Source: Trichinella spiralis
Lineage: Eukaryota
Direction of reading: 5' to 3'
Length of the DNA stretch: 36,711 bases
NCBI RefSeq assembly: GCF_000181795.1
Contig: NW_003526941.1
Location: 3,754,282 to 3,790,992, forward strand
The position numbers and the translations under genes are program-made. Positions 1 through 11,690 of this stretch are shown here, in pieces. Position 1 is the first letter of the stretch. Each line of letters opens with the position of its first letter. The notes under the pieces were generated by a model. It was given only the letters and a program-made list of their open reading frames with translations, did no database searches and was not told where the DNA came from.

Positions 1-1528
1 CCTTGAATTTTGATGATGTAAGCGATCAGAATAAGTCGGACTTAAAAAAACGCAGATTAATCAACGAAATGTAAGCAAATCAGTAGTAAATTTTTTTATT
101 GACATTACACTTTTGTAGTGTAATAAAAACGTTTCGGGTTTTTCGTGACGAAAAGTTTACAACAAGTTTGGTGAAGGAAGAAACTGACTTGACTGTCGAT
201 CTGCTTACAGAGTACACATTTTCAAACTACAAAATTAAAAATTGAAACTGTTCTATTTTAGTAATTTATGGAAAGAAAAGAAATTCAAACCGTATAATTT
301 TAATGCTTTTGGCGTTGTTCCAGTTAGGGGTTATCTTCACCCATTGATGAAAGTCAGAACGGAATTTAGGCAGATATTTTTGGAAATGGGGTAAATATAA
401 TTTTCTAATCGACATATGTTTGTTTATTACTGTATATATATATATATATATATAATTGAAGAACAGTTTGTTTTTTTTTATTTTGAAAGTTATTGAAAAT
501 AAATGCGCAGTGTAGATTTACAGAAATGCCTACTCAGCGTTATGTTGAAAGTTCGTTTTGGAATTTTGACGCTTTATTTCAACCGCAGCAGCATCCAGCT
601 CGTGATGAACAAGATACTTTTTTTATTTCTAGTATTATATACCGTGTTCAAGTGCTAAAAATACAACACTGCTTGCTGTTGTTATTTCAGAGCCAATGTG
701 TACAAAAAATTTACCAAGTGAATATGTTAAACGAGTAGAAAAGGTGCATTCTGTTGGTGATTATGGTTCTTCGGGGTATAAATTATTTCGATTGTTGTGC
801 TTTGTCTTTTTGTTTCATTTTCATTATACACAGCTCAGCTTTTTTCAGGTATGGTTATGAGTGGAAAATTGAAGAAGCGGAAAAAAATGTCCTCCGCACA
901 CACACGACCGCCTCTAGCATTCGAATGCTTTACGAAATTGCGAAAAAGCCATTCAAACCTGTCAGATATTTCAGTATTGATAGAGTTTTTCGGAACGAAA
1001 GTCTCGACGCCACTCATCTTGCGGAATTTCACCAAGTTGAAGGTTTGATTGCTGGTGAAAATCTCAGTCTTGGTCATTTGATGGGAATTTTGCAAGAATT
1101 TTATAAAAGGCTCGGTTAGTTCGTTGTTGTTGTTGATCTGCTTTGAAATTCGACGGCTTGATGACTTTGGTTTTCAGGAATTGAAAAGCTTCGTTTCAAG
1201 CCTGCCTACAATCCGTACACGGAACCATCGATGGAAATATTCAGTTATCATAGTTCATTGAAAAAATGGGTTGAAATTGGCAATTCTGGGATGTTTCGAC
1301 CGGAAGTGTTGCTTCCGTTGGGTTTGGCTGAGAATGTGACCGTCATAGCGTGGGGTCTTTCTTTGGAAAGGCAAGTTTGCAATTGTTGATATCTTCACAT
1401 TCGTGAATGTGTGCTTCTTTTTTTTCAGGCCGACCATGATCAAGTACGGCATTAATAATATTCGAGATTTGATTGGACCACGCGTTGATTTGGCCATGAT
1501 TCAGTCTTCCCCAATTTGTCGATTTTGA
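1..1528 (+). CDS. FARSA: Phenylalanine--tRNA ligase alpha subunit, 5'-partial, 8 exons in window
   Basis: Exons <1-70, 119-211, 262-390, 516-631, 691-775, 849-1114, 1178-1370, 1429-1528 splice in frame. Motifs: [121 protein letters not shown] at 1526-1528; AATAAA at 1565-1570. Confidence 0.96.
1371..1428 (+). other. GC-AG intron in FARSA
   Basis: AAG|GCAAGT donor and TTTTTCAG acceptor. Removing it restores the conserved [14 protein letters not shown]. Confidence 0.88.
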
Positions 1529-1701
1529 AGCAAAAAATTATTGATTAAAATTAAAATTGAGTGAAATAAATTTTTTTTTCTTTTTCTTTTTGTTTAATTT
1601 TTCAATAATGGTCATTTTGTCCTGATATCATTTCTTATGTACAAGCACGTATGTCGAGGTATGTACGGGTTTGTATTCGTATTTATATTGGTTTATTGGA
1701 T

Positions 1702-1710
1702 AATTTTTAG
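1702..1710 (+). promoter_or_regulatory. Putative SL trans-splice acceptor upstream of ELP5
   Basis: AATTTTTAG ends 5 nt before the ATG at 1716, about 140 nt after the FARSA AATAAA, with a U-rich spacer. Confidence 0.5.
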
Positions 1711-1715
1711 TGAAA

Positions 1716-2555
1716 ATGGAAATCGGATTGAAAGGGCTTACGTTGATCACAACCGAACAAGGTTGTACTGGTGTTCCATTTGCCAGAGCTTTGGCTAAAA
1801 AGGCACTGTTGGAAAAGTCATATTCGAAGATTCTGGTGGTCACCAATTTATCGGACAGCGTTTCAGTTTGGCAAAAAATTGCACCAGATTCTCATGAAAT
1901 TATACACGATCTTCCAATTGTGGAAGAGAATTTCTCCAATGCCGAATACCAGGAGGAGATGTTGAATTTGTTGTTGGAAAACAAATCACAGGGTGTGGAC
2001 AGGAGGAATTTGATAATTTTTGAAAATTTCAGCTCATCGGTGCTGTTGATGGGCACTGGTGGGGCGGTGCGATTTGTTCACAAGTTGACTTCTCAACATC
2101 CTTGTCTGGTGGTCGGTTGTGGATCCGGGACAACAGTGGACGAAAATTTGGCCAGCTTTGCCTGCACAATTTACACTTTGCGGTTGAGTTCGTGTGGGAA
2201 AGTGGCCATTGCTGTGAAAAGCAAATCTCCGCCTGGAAGAAATCTCTGGAACTTCAAAATCACCGAACAGTTCGACTTCGAGGACGTTCAATTGTACAAC
2301 GAGAAGCAGCAAAATGGGCCGGACAATTGGCCACTTGTGGACAGTAGTAATCGTCTGGAGGTGCCGGCAAGTTTGGAACGGCTTGTTGGCTTCAGGTTGT
2401 CTTTGAATGAACAAGAAATGGCCGACAAGCGCAATTTGACACTGCCCTACGAGAAAAGTGGCGAAAGTGAAAAATCACAGGCGAGGATCATTTACTACGC
2501 TGAAAAGGATGACGATATAGACGAAGATGATCCCGACAGCGATTTAAATATTTGA
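1716..2555 (+). CDS. ELP5: Elongator complex protein 5, intronless, 279 aa
   Basis: C-terminus FRLSLNEQEMADKRNLTLPY...IIYYAEKDDDIDEDDPDSDLNI matches the ELP5 signature (FNL.LS..E..AR..L.LPF...IFYEPD..DD.D.EDPDDDLDI). LIIFENFSSSVL resembles the RecA-like core strand. Confidence 0.8.
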   Translation: MEIGLKGLTLITTEQGCTGVPFARALAKKALLEKSYSKILVVTNLSDSVSVWQKIAPDSHEIIHDLPIVEENFSNAEYQEEMLNLLLENKSQGVDRRNLIIFENFSSSVLLMGTGGAVRFVHKLTSQHPCLVVGCGSGTTVDENLASFACTIYTLRLSSCGKVAIAVKSKSPPGRNLWNFKITEQFDFEDVQLYNEKQQNGPDNWPLVDSSNRLEVPASLERLVGFRLSLNEQEMADKRNLTLPYEKSGESEKSQARIIYYAEKDDDIDEDDPDSDLNI

Positions 2556-3429
2556 AATTTTTTGTTGTTTATTTTTACAATCAATTTAATGTGAATGATA
2601 AATGTGGAATTTTAACAGTTGAGATTTGAAAATTTATTTCAAGTTCAAAAATCACAGTATGACTGACTGTGTTGAAGAAATGTATGCATAAAGTTTGGAA
2701 ATTTTATTTTTCAACAATCAACATATTAGCATTTTGGCTAGCAGGGCTGTTTGCAATTTTACTTCATCGGTATGGTGTCGCTGATTTTTCAAACAATTAT
2801 TAGTGTTCCAAAGGGCGTACGACTTCCTGATTAATCAATGTGACGCCTACTTTCCATTAACCCACTTTTGTCATTCTACCGTCTGACGCTTATGCGGGCG
2901 GCAGTTAATTGATCTCCCTTTTGCACCCAGTGGTGCGTTTTGTTAAATTTCTCGCTCGCTTTTACTCTTTTCACAAATTACTTATTGCGTAAATTTAATT
3001 ACTTTTTTTAAAAACTATCTTAGCAATCTGAACAAAAAAATGCGCGCAGCAGGCAAATAAATATTTATTACAATTTATCCAATACGTATAAGTATGAAAT
3101 GTACGGTTTCGTACGTTGTGAAACATTCGAGCATAACAGTTTGTCAATTTTAATTATTATCTGATGCATAATTATGTATATACTGGCATTTTTTTCATCA
3201 TAAAAGTATACTTGATTGTTTAGTTGTTTGAAATATGACAAACATTTTATATCATTACAGCATTTAGTTGCTTTAAAGAAACAAAGTAGAAAAATGGAAC
3301 TTTTCTACTCATTCATTTTTCATAATTGAAAATAGAAATCAAATTCAGTTAATTATCAAACGAGAAAATGTGACAAACTTTCTGTGCATGAGAGAAATGT
3401 GCTTTTGAATTTTGAGAGATGTGAAATTT

Positions 3430-3983
3430 TTAACTTTTCGCACATTTGTCAGCTATGGGATTAGCGTGAATAGTGACCGACTGAATTTTAATGTCTTGCA
3501 AGGGTCGGTGTTTCTCGTTAACTGAAACTTTTTCAATTTCGTCCAACGTTTCGAATCCGTCTATCAAATGACCAAAAACGGTATATTTCAGGTCCAGTGA
3601 TGGATGACTGGAATACGTGATGAAGAACTGCGACGTGTTGGTATTCGGACCCTTGTTGGCCATGGAGACAATCCCGCGGCAGTTGTGCTTCAACTCTTCG
3701 CGCAGTTCATCTTCGAATTCTTGTCCCCAGATGCTCTGGCCCCCTTTTCCAGTTCCCGATGGATCGCCGGTCTGAATCATGAAGCCTTTAATGTTCCGAT
3801 GGAACAAACAACCGTCATAATAGCCGGAAGCGCACAACGCAAGAAAGTTCTAAACGTTGAAGGTAAAAAATATTTTAATTTTTGAATTTCACCTTGCACA
3901 CCTACTTCGCACGTTTTCGGGCACGCTTCGCAGTGTAATTCTATCTTAAGATCGCCAAAATTTGTATGCAATGTAACGGACAT
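3430..3983 (-). CDS. PPIL3: Peptidyl-prolyl cis-trans isomerase-like 3 (cyclophilin), 2 exons, 165 aa
   Basis: Exons 3983-3906 (MSVTLHTNFGDLKIELHCEACPKTCE) and 3849-3430 (NFLALCASGYYDGCLFHRNIKGFMIQTGDPSGTGKGGQSIWG...VTIHANPIA). GT-AG intron 3905-3850. Confidence 0.93.
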
Positions 3984-5181
3984 TTTTATTCTCTTTGTCG
4001 ACGATTCAAAAAGAATACTGTACAATACTAATTACCAGGCTAGAATAGTATTTTTCTAGTAAATTTAACCAGCAAACTTCAACAATATTGACAATTTTTT
4101 ATTGAAACGATTCATTTGAAATGGCTATTAGGTTTTCCTTTTATTCATCTGTAATCTATTTTCACTTTGAAAAATATATGACTACTGACATGAAAGCGTG
4201 GTTTTAATTTATTTGGGTCACTTTATCAACAACAGTTTTTTACGTGTTTTTTTTTGATTTTAATTCAATAGTTCAAATTTTATTTTACGAAGCTATTCGA
4301 TGTTTTAAACTGAAAGTTAGCTGTTACACAATAGGACATAGGTAGTTGTACGATGTGTTGCGATAATTAAGTACAAAATTCAATATTATCTTGGGTTCAT
4401 TGTATTGTTAATTAGAAGTGTATTGTATAAATTCAAAATTTGTAAATTAATTTTTCATTTATCAGAAGAATTAAAATTCCAAACGCTACAGTATACTATG
4501 TTGAAAACGGTAGCAAGTTGTTGCTTGATTTTGGTTTACGGTAGTTGGCAACGTGGTCATAGTGTTCTTTTTTTCCTCCTTGAAAAATTCTTCCACATAT
4601 TTGAATTATGCGCAGTAGTAATTACAGGCATGCATATATTCTAAAGAAATTTAATTGGCTGACTTGAATTGTGCGCACTTGCGAACATACAGTATTTTAA
4701 CTGGCGATCATTAAAAAATGCTAGCCTATCTATGTTTTACAAACGGTGTAAAATATTTTAAATTTGTATGAAGAGACAGATTTATCACACTTCTTATTAT
4801 ATTTATCTGGAAAACAGAGCGTCTAATCAGAATTTCTTACATGGTGCATTTCAGAGAAATGAAACAGTGATTCTGCTGATTTTGTCATATGCGAACATTT
4901 ATAGCGGTTTCAAATCTTTGAATATTGCTTCATTTTACACAATTAGATTAGTCGCTTCATAAGCAATATGAAATTTGTTGTTTTACTAACTTTACATGGC
5001 ATATAGCAAAACCAGTTGCTCCCTAGGCTAGCAATATTATTTGGTTAATTGGTTTATCAGAAGCGTGAAAATTGTTAACGGCTTTGCCCACAATTAAAAA
5101 TTTCGAAACATCAAATCAAATCATTTTGACGATATCAGTGAATTAGGTTTATTAAAAAGGATATAGTAAAGATATTTTATT

Positions 5182-7551
5182 TCATTCACCGTCTTCACAG
5201 AGGCCTCTAGTTTTTTCTAATCGATTCAAGTGGAAATTCAGTGATTCCACAGTAGTCGCTACTGTTTTCAGTGACAATGTTTCAATCTCGCTTGGGTAAA
5301 GCAGTTTTCTATCTTCATGTCGGGAACCCTTAGCGCAATTCAGCATTGCGTCATTCAAGCATTGCTGGGCTTGTTGACGAACAGAATCTTTTTTGAACCA
5401 AAAATGCCGAAGAATTATATCCTAAGAATCAGATTAATAATAAATAACGTGGAATACTTAGTCTTCATTTTTTTACTTTGAAACATTCTGGAGGTTTGCG
5501 AAGTTGTTCTACAATGGCCAACTGAAGCGTAGCGTGATTTAACTGCTGATTGTAACTTTTTGAAAGATGTTGTCCTTTGTCGGTGCAGATGTATTTTTCA
5601 AATCCTGGTTCATTGAAATAAGGTTCTTTGACAAATATTAACGCCTGAAAATAACCACATTTGACAAAGATGGGCACGAAACAGTTGAAACTTGAAAAAA
5701 CATCGAATAAAATACTTGAACAGAAACTAACAGTTGAAGCAGACTACAATAAGGGTTCCACTTTTCTTCGGGTCGCCCTTCCCAAGTATTCAAAATGCTC
5801 AGACATACTTTACCATCTTGATAAAGGTTTGGATTGAATCGCACTTCACCGCTGTTTGTCGTCAGAAATGTCATTTTTGGCGGAACGAACGGATAATTAG
5901 CTGGAAAAAATACATCAAACTCGAAACATCCGTTTTGATAAGGAGTTTGATCAGGACCGGTGATAAGAACTTTCATCAGATCACAACGACTTTCATCTAT
6001 GCAGACGAAAATGCTGTTGCTTTCATTCAGCGGTATATTGTTTTCCAAAGAAGCAATTTCTCTGGCAATACGTTTTCCTCTGTCCTGCAAAAGAGAGAAC
6101 AAAACCACCATACACGACTGTAGCATTTTTAATTTTTTGATTGTTCTCAGCAAATTTGACAACTGAATGAATGTCCAAATTAATCAGCAAGAAAACAAAT
6201 CATAACAAAAAAATATATGTGTTTCTCAATTATTTATTGTTAAAGAGAAGTTATTAAATAAGAAGCTACTGTTGATGAGAAAACGAGAAACAAATTTGAA
6301 GGGGCAATGTGAAAACTAACAAAGAAAAAGAAGACTACTTGCCTTAAACGAGAGACTGAGCGGATTCAGCGATTTCGCCTCTTTGCCGTAAGTGTAAGGC
6401 ACGAGCAGCTTTCCATTTTCGTCTATAATTCTCCAGGAGCGGATTTGTTTTGCCTTCATCCACCTTGTGTAAAGTGATGGTTGTGGAGCGATATTAATGA
6501 TTGATATCGTTTGATTAATATCATCAGCGCAAGATGACGACGACAACGACGACTGTTCACTGTCAGATGGTGTTTGTGGGATAGTGTTCAACATTGTCAG
6601 AGAACTGGCATCAATTTCAAGCTTAGTCGAGTGTCGTTCTTGGCAAATGATCAGCAACTTGTGACAGACATCAACACGTTCCAGAAATTCAGACAAACGA
6701 AGGTCCGGTGTGCGTAATTTCAATCTGATAAAAGCTAAATACGAGACAATCAAGCTGCGAAATCTTGGTAGCAATTGCCTCGTTAACGATTCTTCTGAAG
6801 GGCTATGTTGTGTCAACACAATCGGAGCTAATTGAGGATAAATAGCCATGGCGGCGATTGTTTCTAAAAGTGCTTGATAGAAGTCCAACCTTTCTGAAAT
6901 GTCAAATATGGATTCATTTTTTAAATTGTATTTAGCCATGGTTACAACTGACGACTGGCGCAGCAGTTGTACAACGTCTGCGTTGACATGCGGGCGTTGG
7001 CCTTTTTCAATTTCTTCGAACGCTGCAGTCGGATCCGTAAAATCTGGACTACTGGAATGGAGAAAAGCAACCAAAGCGTGCATGAGCCAAGCCAGTTGTT
7101 CTTCTCGAACTATTGTCTCTTCAATGTACCTTTCAATATCCCACTGACATCGAGTAGAACCACAGCCGTAGCCTATGCCTCGATTAGCTGCGGCTGTTGT
7201 GTGCGTTTTGCGACGCCCGACTGTAATCTGGGATACAAAGCTATTGTTCTGATGTCTTCGATGAGAATTTACAGACGAACATGTTGAATTGGACAATTTT
7301 TCCATTCCGTCGACAACTTTCAGCTTGTTCCAACAATTGTAATAACCGTTGATCAGCTCCACAATCCGTCTCAATATACCACTGTGAACCAGTTGCAGAC
7401 GATCCGCCGGAGATGAATCGTTAATTATCCGACTTAATCGGATCATTGATGCAAATCTCAGTGGAGTTTGCTTCAAAATTTCACGAGCGCGCTCCACCGG
7501 ACTGAGGTCGTCTGGTTCTGGTGAAGAAGCCAACGATACCGACGTACCCAT
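5182..7551 (-). CDS. BRUCE/BIRC6 C-terminus-like ubiquitin-conjugating enzyme (ubc-17-like), ~661 aa, no BIR domain
   Basis: Exons 7551-6343, 6084-5716, 5644-5477, 5421-5182. UBC domain with [55 protein letters not shown] (catalytic Cys) and [10 protein letters not shown]. Upstream [13 protein letters not shown] and [23 protein letters not shown] resemble the BIRC6 pre-UBC region. AATAAA follows the stop. Confidence 0.88.
6085..6342 (-). other. GC-AG intron in the BRUCE-like E2 gene
   Basis: TTTAAG|GCAAGT donor in phase 0 joins the TTTTGCAG|GAC acceptor (phase 0), giving [14 protein letters not shown]. The nearest GT (4 nt further) is out of phase. Confidence 0.72.
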
Positions 7552-10500
7552 ATTAATTCTTAAATTTTATTTAATGGATAACAATTGAAAAGCTACTATT
7601 TAGCAACTGACAAGTCTACCGAGTCGACGTCGGCTTTCAGCCAGACGACGACCGGTCTTGTCTATTTTCATTTTGCTTGCTTTGTGTTTTTCTCTCTATT
7701 TCTTTATACACACAGAGGTAAATTGATATAGATACATAGATATGCATATATATATATATATGTATGTATATCACTTTCTATATGCTGTGTTGCTTCTTTC
7801 ACTGTTACTTGTCGGTTTGGAGTGCGTCTGTTGCTAAGCAACGAAAACAAATCGCATATAGCAGCATAAAATTTTGTTTTAAAAATCGATAAGCTCGCTT
7901 TTTGCACTGCTTACGGCAGTTAAGCTGATCGATCGACACTGCTGGAAATTACTTTTTATTTACAAATTTGTTTCTAACACAATAATAGACGGATCTTTTT
8001 CCAATGTCTGCAAACTCAGCTAACACTGTTTCAAAATAAGTTTTATTTTTTTTCTTGAAATGTATTTTATTGGAAGATGGAATATTCTCTATTTCTCTGG
8101 TCTCTTTTTCATACACTTTTTTCCTCTGGTGACACACATCAATCATTTCAGAACAGTTGACAGGTGCTTTTTACTTTTCTTTTCAATTTTGGCGTTAAAA
8201 ATAAATTGTTGAAAATAATATTAAAAAGAAAAAATACTTTTAAATGCAAATTGAACATAAGCATCAAGATGGGAATGTACTGATTGGAAAATGTGCGCAG
8301 CGGAAAAAAACCCCCTAAGCACCGTCCATGATCCAACAATGGTGAAGCTGAAATAAATTATCATCATTTCAACGATGCAAAGCTTGGTCATTGGAAAATT
8401 GAAAATTATTGAAAATGACCATCATTTGAAAAAGCGACAACTGTTTTCTCCATCATATATTACATTTATTTATTTATTTATCCGCTAGTTGTTTTGAACT
8501 GAATTGTCCAACGACACGTTTAGTTAAATAAACCACGCTTTCAAACAAGCATTAATAATAATAATACTAAGGCACCATTTCTACTATTCAGTTGTAATAA
8601 TAATAATGAAAAATAATTTAGCACTGTGTAAACATGTCTTATCGTTTGTACAGAAATATCTCTGCTGGTTGAATATGCTCCGCGTGAAAGATGATAATAA
8701 TCTTAGATTACGCTGTGGTTAAATTCTGCCTGAGATTAAGCGAAACATGTGTTGAGAGTGGTTTATTCAGCGCACAGTGATTTCAAAGCATGACGAAAAA
8801 AGCCAAGCAACAGTAAAAATGAAACAGGCGATGGATATGTGCAATTTTTGAAACTTTTTGAAATAATTTTTGTTGTTGTTGTAAAGACATGAGAAAGCAC
8901 CGTTCATAATTGAACGTTAGAATATGATGAAAATACATTTTTTAATGAAATTTTTAAAATGACATCATCATCATCAAAATGATAACTTCCCATTTATTAC
9001 AATTTCAATTGTTAACAGCCTTAGTTATTCATAGAATTAATTCAGCTTTTCTTTTGTTATATGCATCATGACCGAGCTATATAGAAATGACGCAACTAAT
9101 CCAAATGCGTGCTTGATGACATGTTATTTATTGATTTTTTACTAGATTTGCTTAAAGCTTGAAGTTTTACGTCTGCAGTTAATTAGCTAAACTAAATGAA
9201 TAAATGCAAAGAGGAAAGCATGATTTAAGGGTGAAAAAAACCTTATTAAATATTGTCCACGGGTGAAGCTTTGTAGTATTATTTGAAATAATTTATTAAT
9301 GCGCATATTTCCTTTTTACACTTTTTCATTTAAATCTTCAAATTGGAAATAGCCTTTTATTCAAGTGATAAAAGGAATATTTTCTGCAAAATAGGAAAAA
9401 TTTTAAACGTTTGTACTTGAAAGAAAATGCACAATATGCATTGAATTATGAAATTTAATTTTGATTTTGATGGAGAATTGTATTTTATTTCAACCATCAG
9501 TTCGTATCGTGCACTGTGAGAAATTTTCATTTGAATACTGAAAGTTTTGCAACTTTGTTTATTGAAAATTTTTACATTCGAGTATAAAGCATGAAAATTA
9601 CAATCAGCGTTATAAGAATTGTCAATTGGGTTCGTTGAATGGTAAAATGAATAAGCAGGTGGAAGTTGATTTGAAATCATTGAACCGAAAAATTGTTCAC
9701 AACAAGTGGGAAATTGTAAAATTCATAAAAATGTACACATATGTTGTGAATTTTCAAATTGTGCTTTTTATCATTGTTTCAAATTTTTGAAAGGAAAAAA
9801 TAATAATACACAAACACTGTTGTTCAACGAATTATGCAACTATGCATGCAATAGAGAAAGAACTGTGATGGAAAAAGTAAATGATACTTCTTCAAATTGA
9901 AACTTATCATGCGGAATTTTTTCACATGCAAGTTATCGAAGAATGTTATAGAATGCAATTTTTTCGTTTCTTTTTCTTTTTTTTTCGAACATTTCTCTTA
10001 TCGCGTGATGATTGTGAATTTTGATAAGTTCTATTCTGTTGTGTTGAGCTGAACTGAATTTTCTTCAACTGTTATATGATGAAAAAGATACAAAACCCTC
10101 GCCAATGCGTCATCATTGTTCATACGAATTTGTTTCTTGTACAATTTCCTAACATTTCGATGTGTTGTAAAGAATTTTCAACAAGAGGCAAAAAATACAC
10201 TAAAACTGTTAGCTCGAAGCTTTTTTACAATTTTTAGAATCCCATTCAATTTATACATACATACAAATAGCTCTAGCGTAATGTAAAATATATTTAAATG
10301 TATCTGCTGTATTGTCGTGTTGATTGGTGCCTATTCACAATTTGATAGATATCCAGTCGAATTTAAATAAGCTGAGTGAAATTTTCAATTCTAGAATTCA
10401 ATTTTATTACATTGTGCAAACGTTGTTTCGCATTTCAACGTGCATTTTGCATTCAGCTATTCTTTTTCTGCTAACGAACCAACCGGACAACGCCCTAAGT

Positions 10501-11039
10501 TCACTTATCGTCTGAGCTGATTTTATAATCCTTTGCATGGTGAAAAAAAACAAGAAAGAAAGCAATTTTTCCATTATTGCCTTGGAACATTTTTTCTGAA
10601 TGTTTCCAACTCAGCTAAGTTTAGAATTTACTAGCTTTTTTTTATTACAACTTAGCTAGCTGAGATAAGCAGTTTTTTCTTTTTTTATTTTCTGATAAGA
10701 AACGTCAGTTGTTCGGTTTTTAATTGCTTTTTTAGTTGAAAAAGGTATTCAAAAAAACAAGTATAATTTGAAGCAAAGCCCTTTATTTATTCATTCATTC
10801 ATTCATTGTTTTTGAACCAATCATCATACCAATCAAAATCAGTTTTTCCAAAAGAGAAAAAAGCAAAGCAGCAGCATCATTCTAAAATCTAATGGCAAAA
10901 ACGACCCAAGAAATATATAAGATTGATTTGAAAAAGAAAGAAGCGTCGTTAATAATCAGCATCGGGAAGATTTTTGCAAAGCAGAAAAGCATCATCAAAA
11001 TTTTCCAAAACAACAATGATTGTTGTTGTTGTTGTTGCT

Positions 11040-11585
11040 TCACCAGCGTGAACCATTGATCGAGTAGATGAAATTGAAACAAGCCAACGGTTCCCCAGTA
11101 TCACTGTTGTTGATTTCAACCAGCGTACGGTAATTGCCACGCAACGAATTCGGATTGAATGTCTCTGGACTGTCCAACAGATATGTTTCGGTGTGGTTGT
11201 GTCGGCCAATTTCAATCGGACAGCCGAACATCTCTTCGGTCAGCAGACAAGCATCTATGCGATAATAATCGCAAGAACCGAACTGCAGCATGCAGGGGAC
11301 GCGAACCCAGATGGTTTTGGTCACTTGCTTCTCCACACGCACATGAGCGTCTACTTGGCTTGGTATTTTGTCCATTATTTCGAGGTCGATGTGCATTTGC
11401 AGTACGTCGGGAAATACCAGAGGCATAGGACCCAGTCGGAACGAATACAAGCGTATAATACGATTCTCGTTGCCACAATCGTATGCGTGGGATGAAGTCG
11501 ACAACGCCGGCTTGTTGTCAAAGCCCATGACCATCATCAACACCAAACTGCCGAACAGCATCAACGCAAGGCACTTGGACGACAT
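11040..11585 (-). CDS. GM2A: Secreted GM2 ganglioside activator-like (ML domain) lipid-binding protein, intronless CDS, 181 aa
   Basis: Hydrophobic N-terminal signal peptide. YDC...L.PMPLVFP...VEKQV..IWVRVPC..FGSCDY..DAC...GCP...GNYR...LAC pattern is typical of GM2-AP. TTTGCAG acceptor at ~11598 just upstream. Confidence 0.85.
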   Translation of the reverse strand: MSSKCLALMLFGSLVLMMVMGFDNKPALSTSSHAYDCGNENRIIRLYSFRLGPMPLVFPDVLQMHIDLEIMDKIPSQVDAHVRVEKQVTKTIWVRVPCMLQFGSCDYYRIDACLLTEEMFGCPIEIGRHNHTETYLLDSPETFNPNSLRGNYRTLVEINNSDTGEPLACFNFIYSINGSRW

Positions 11586-11650
11586 TTTTCAGCAACACTG
11601 CAAAAGAAGAGGAAACATTATTAATTCATTTGATCGCAAACAAACAAACA

Positions 11651-11653
<3 letters not shown>

Positions 11654-11685
<32 letters not shown>
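11654..11685. repeat. (AT)n microsatellite upstream of the GM2A-like gene
   Basis: About 16 AT units. Similar runs occur at ~433-453, ~15900-15917 and flanking the transposon. Confidence 0.9.

Positions 11686-11690
<5 letters not shown>

Noticed and set aside
2830..2875. SECIS-like ATGA-N12-AA...GA on the minus strand downstream of PPIL3
   Set aside because: Helix II pairs poorly, and PPIL3 ends in TAA with no in-frame TGA.
4030..5170. 64-79 aa ORFs between PPIL3 and the E2 gene
   Set aside because: No motifs or splice-consistent structure; likely UTR or promoter sequence.
7700..10900. Short ORFs and weak C/D-box-like motifs (e.g. ~8690-8735) in the long AT-rich spacer
   Set aside because: Low-complexity F/I/K/N composition, no consistent exon chain, and no identifiable rRNA guide.
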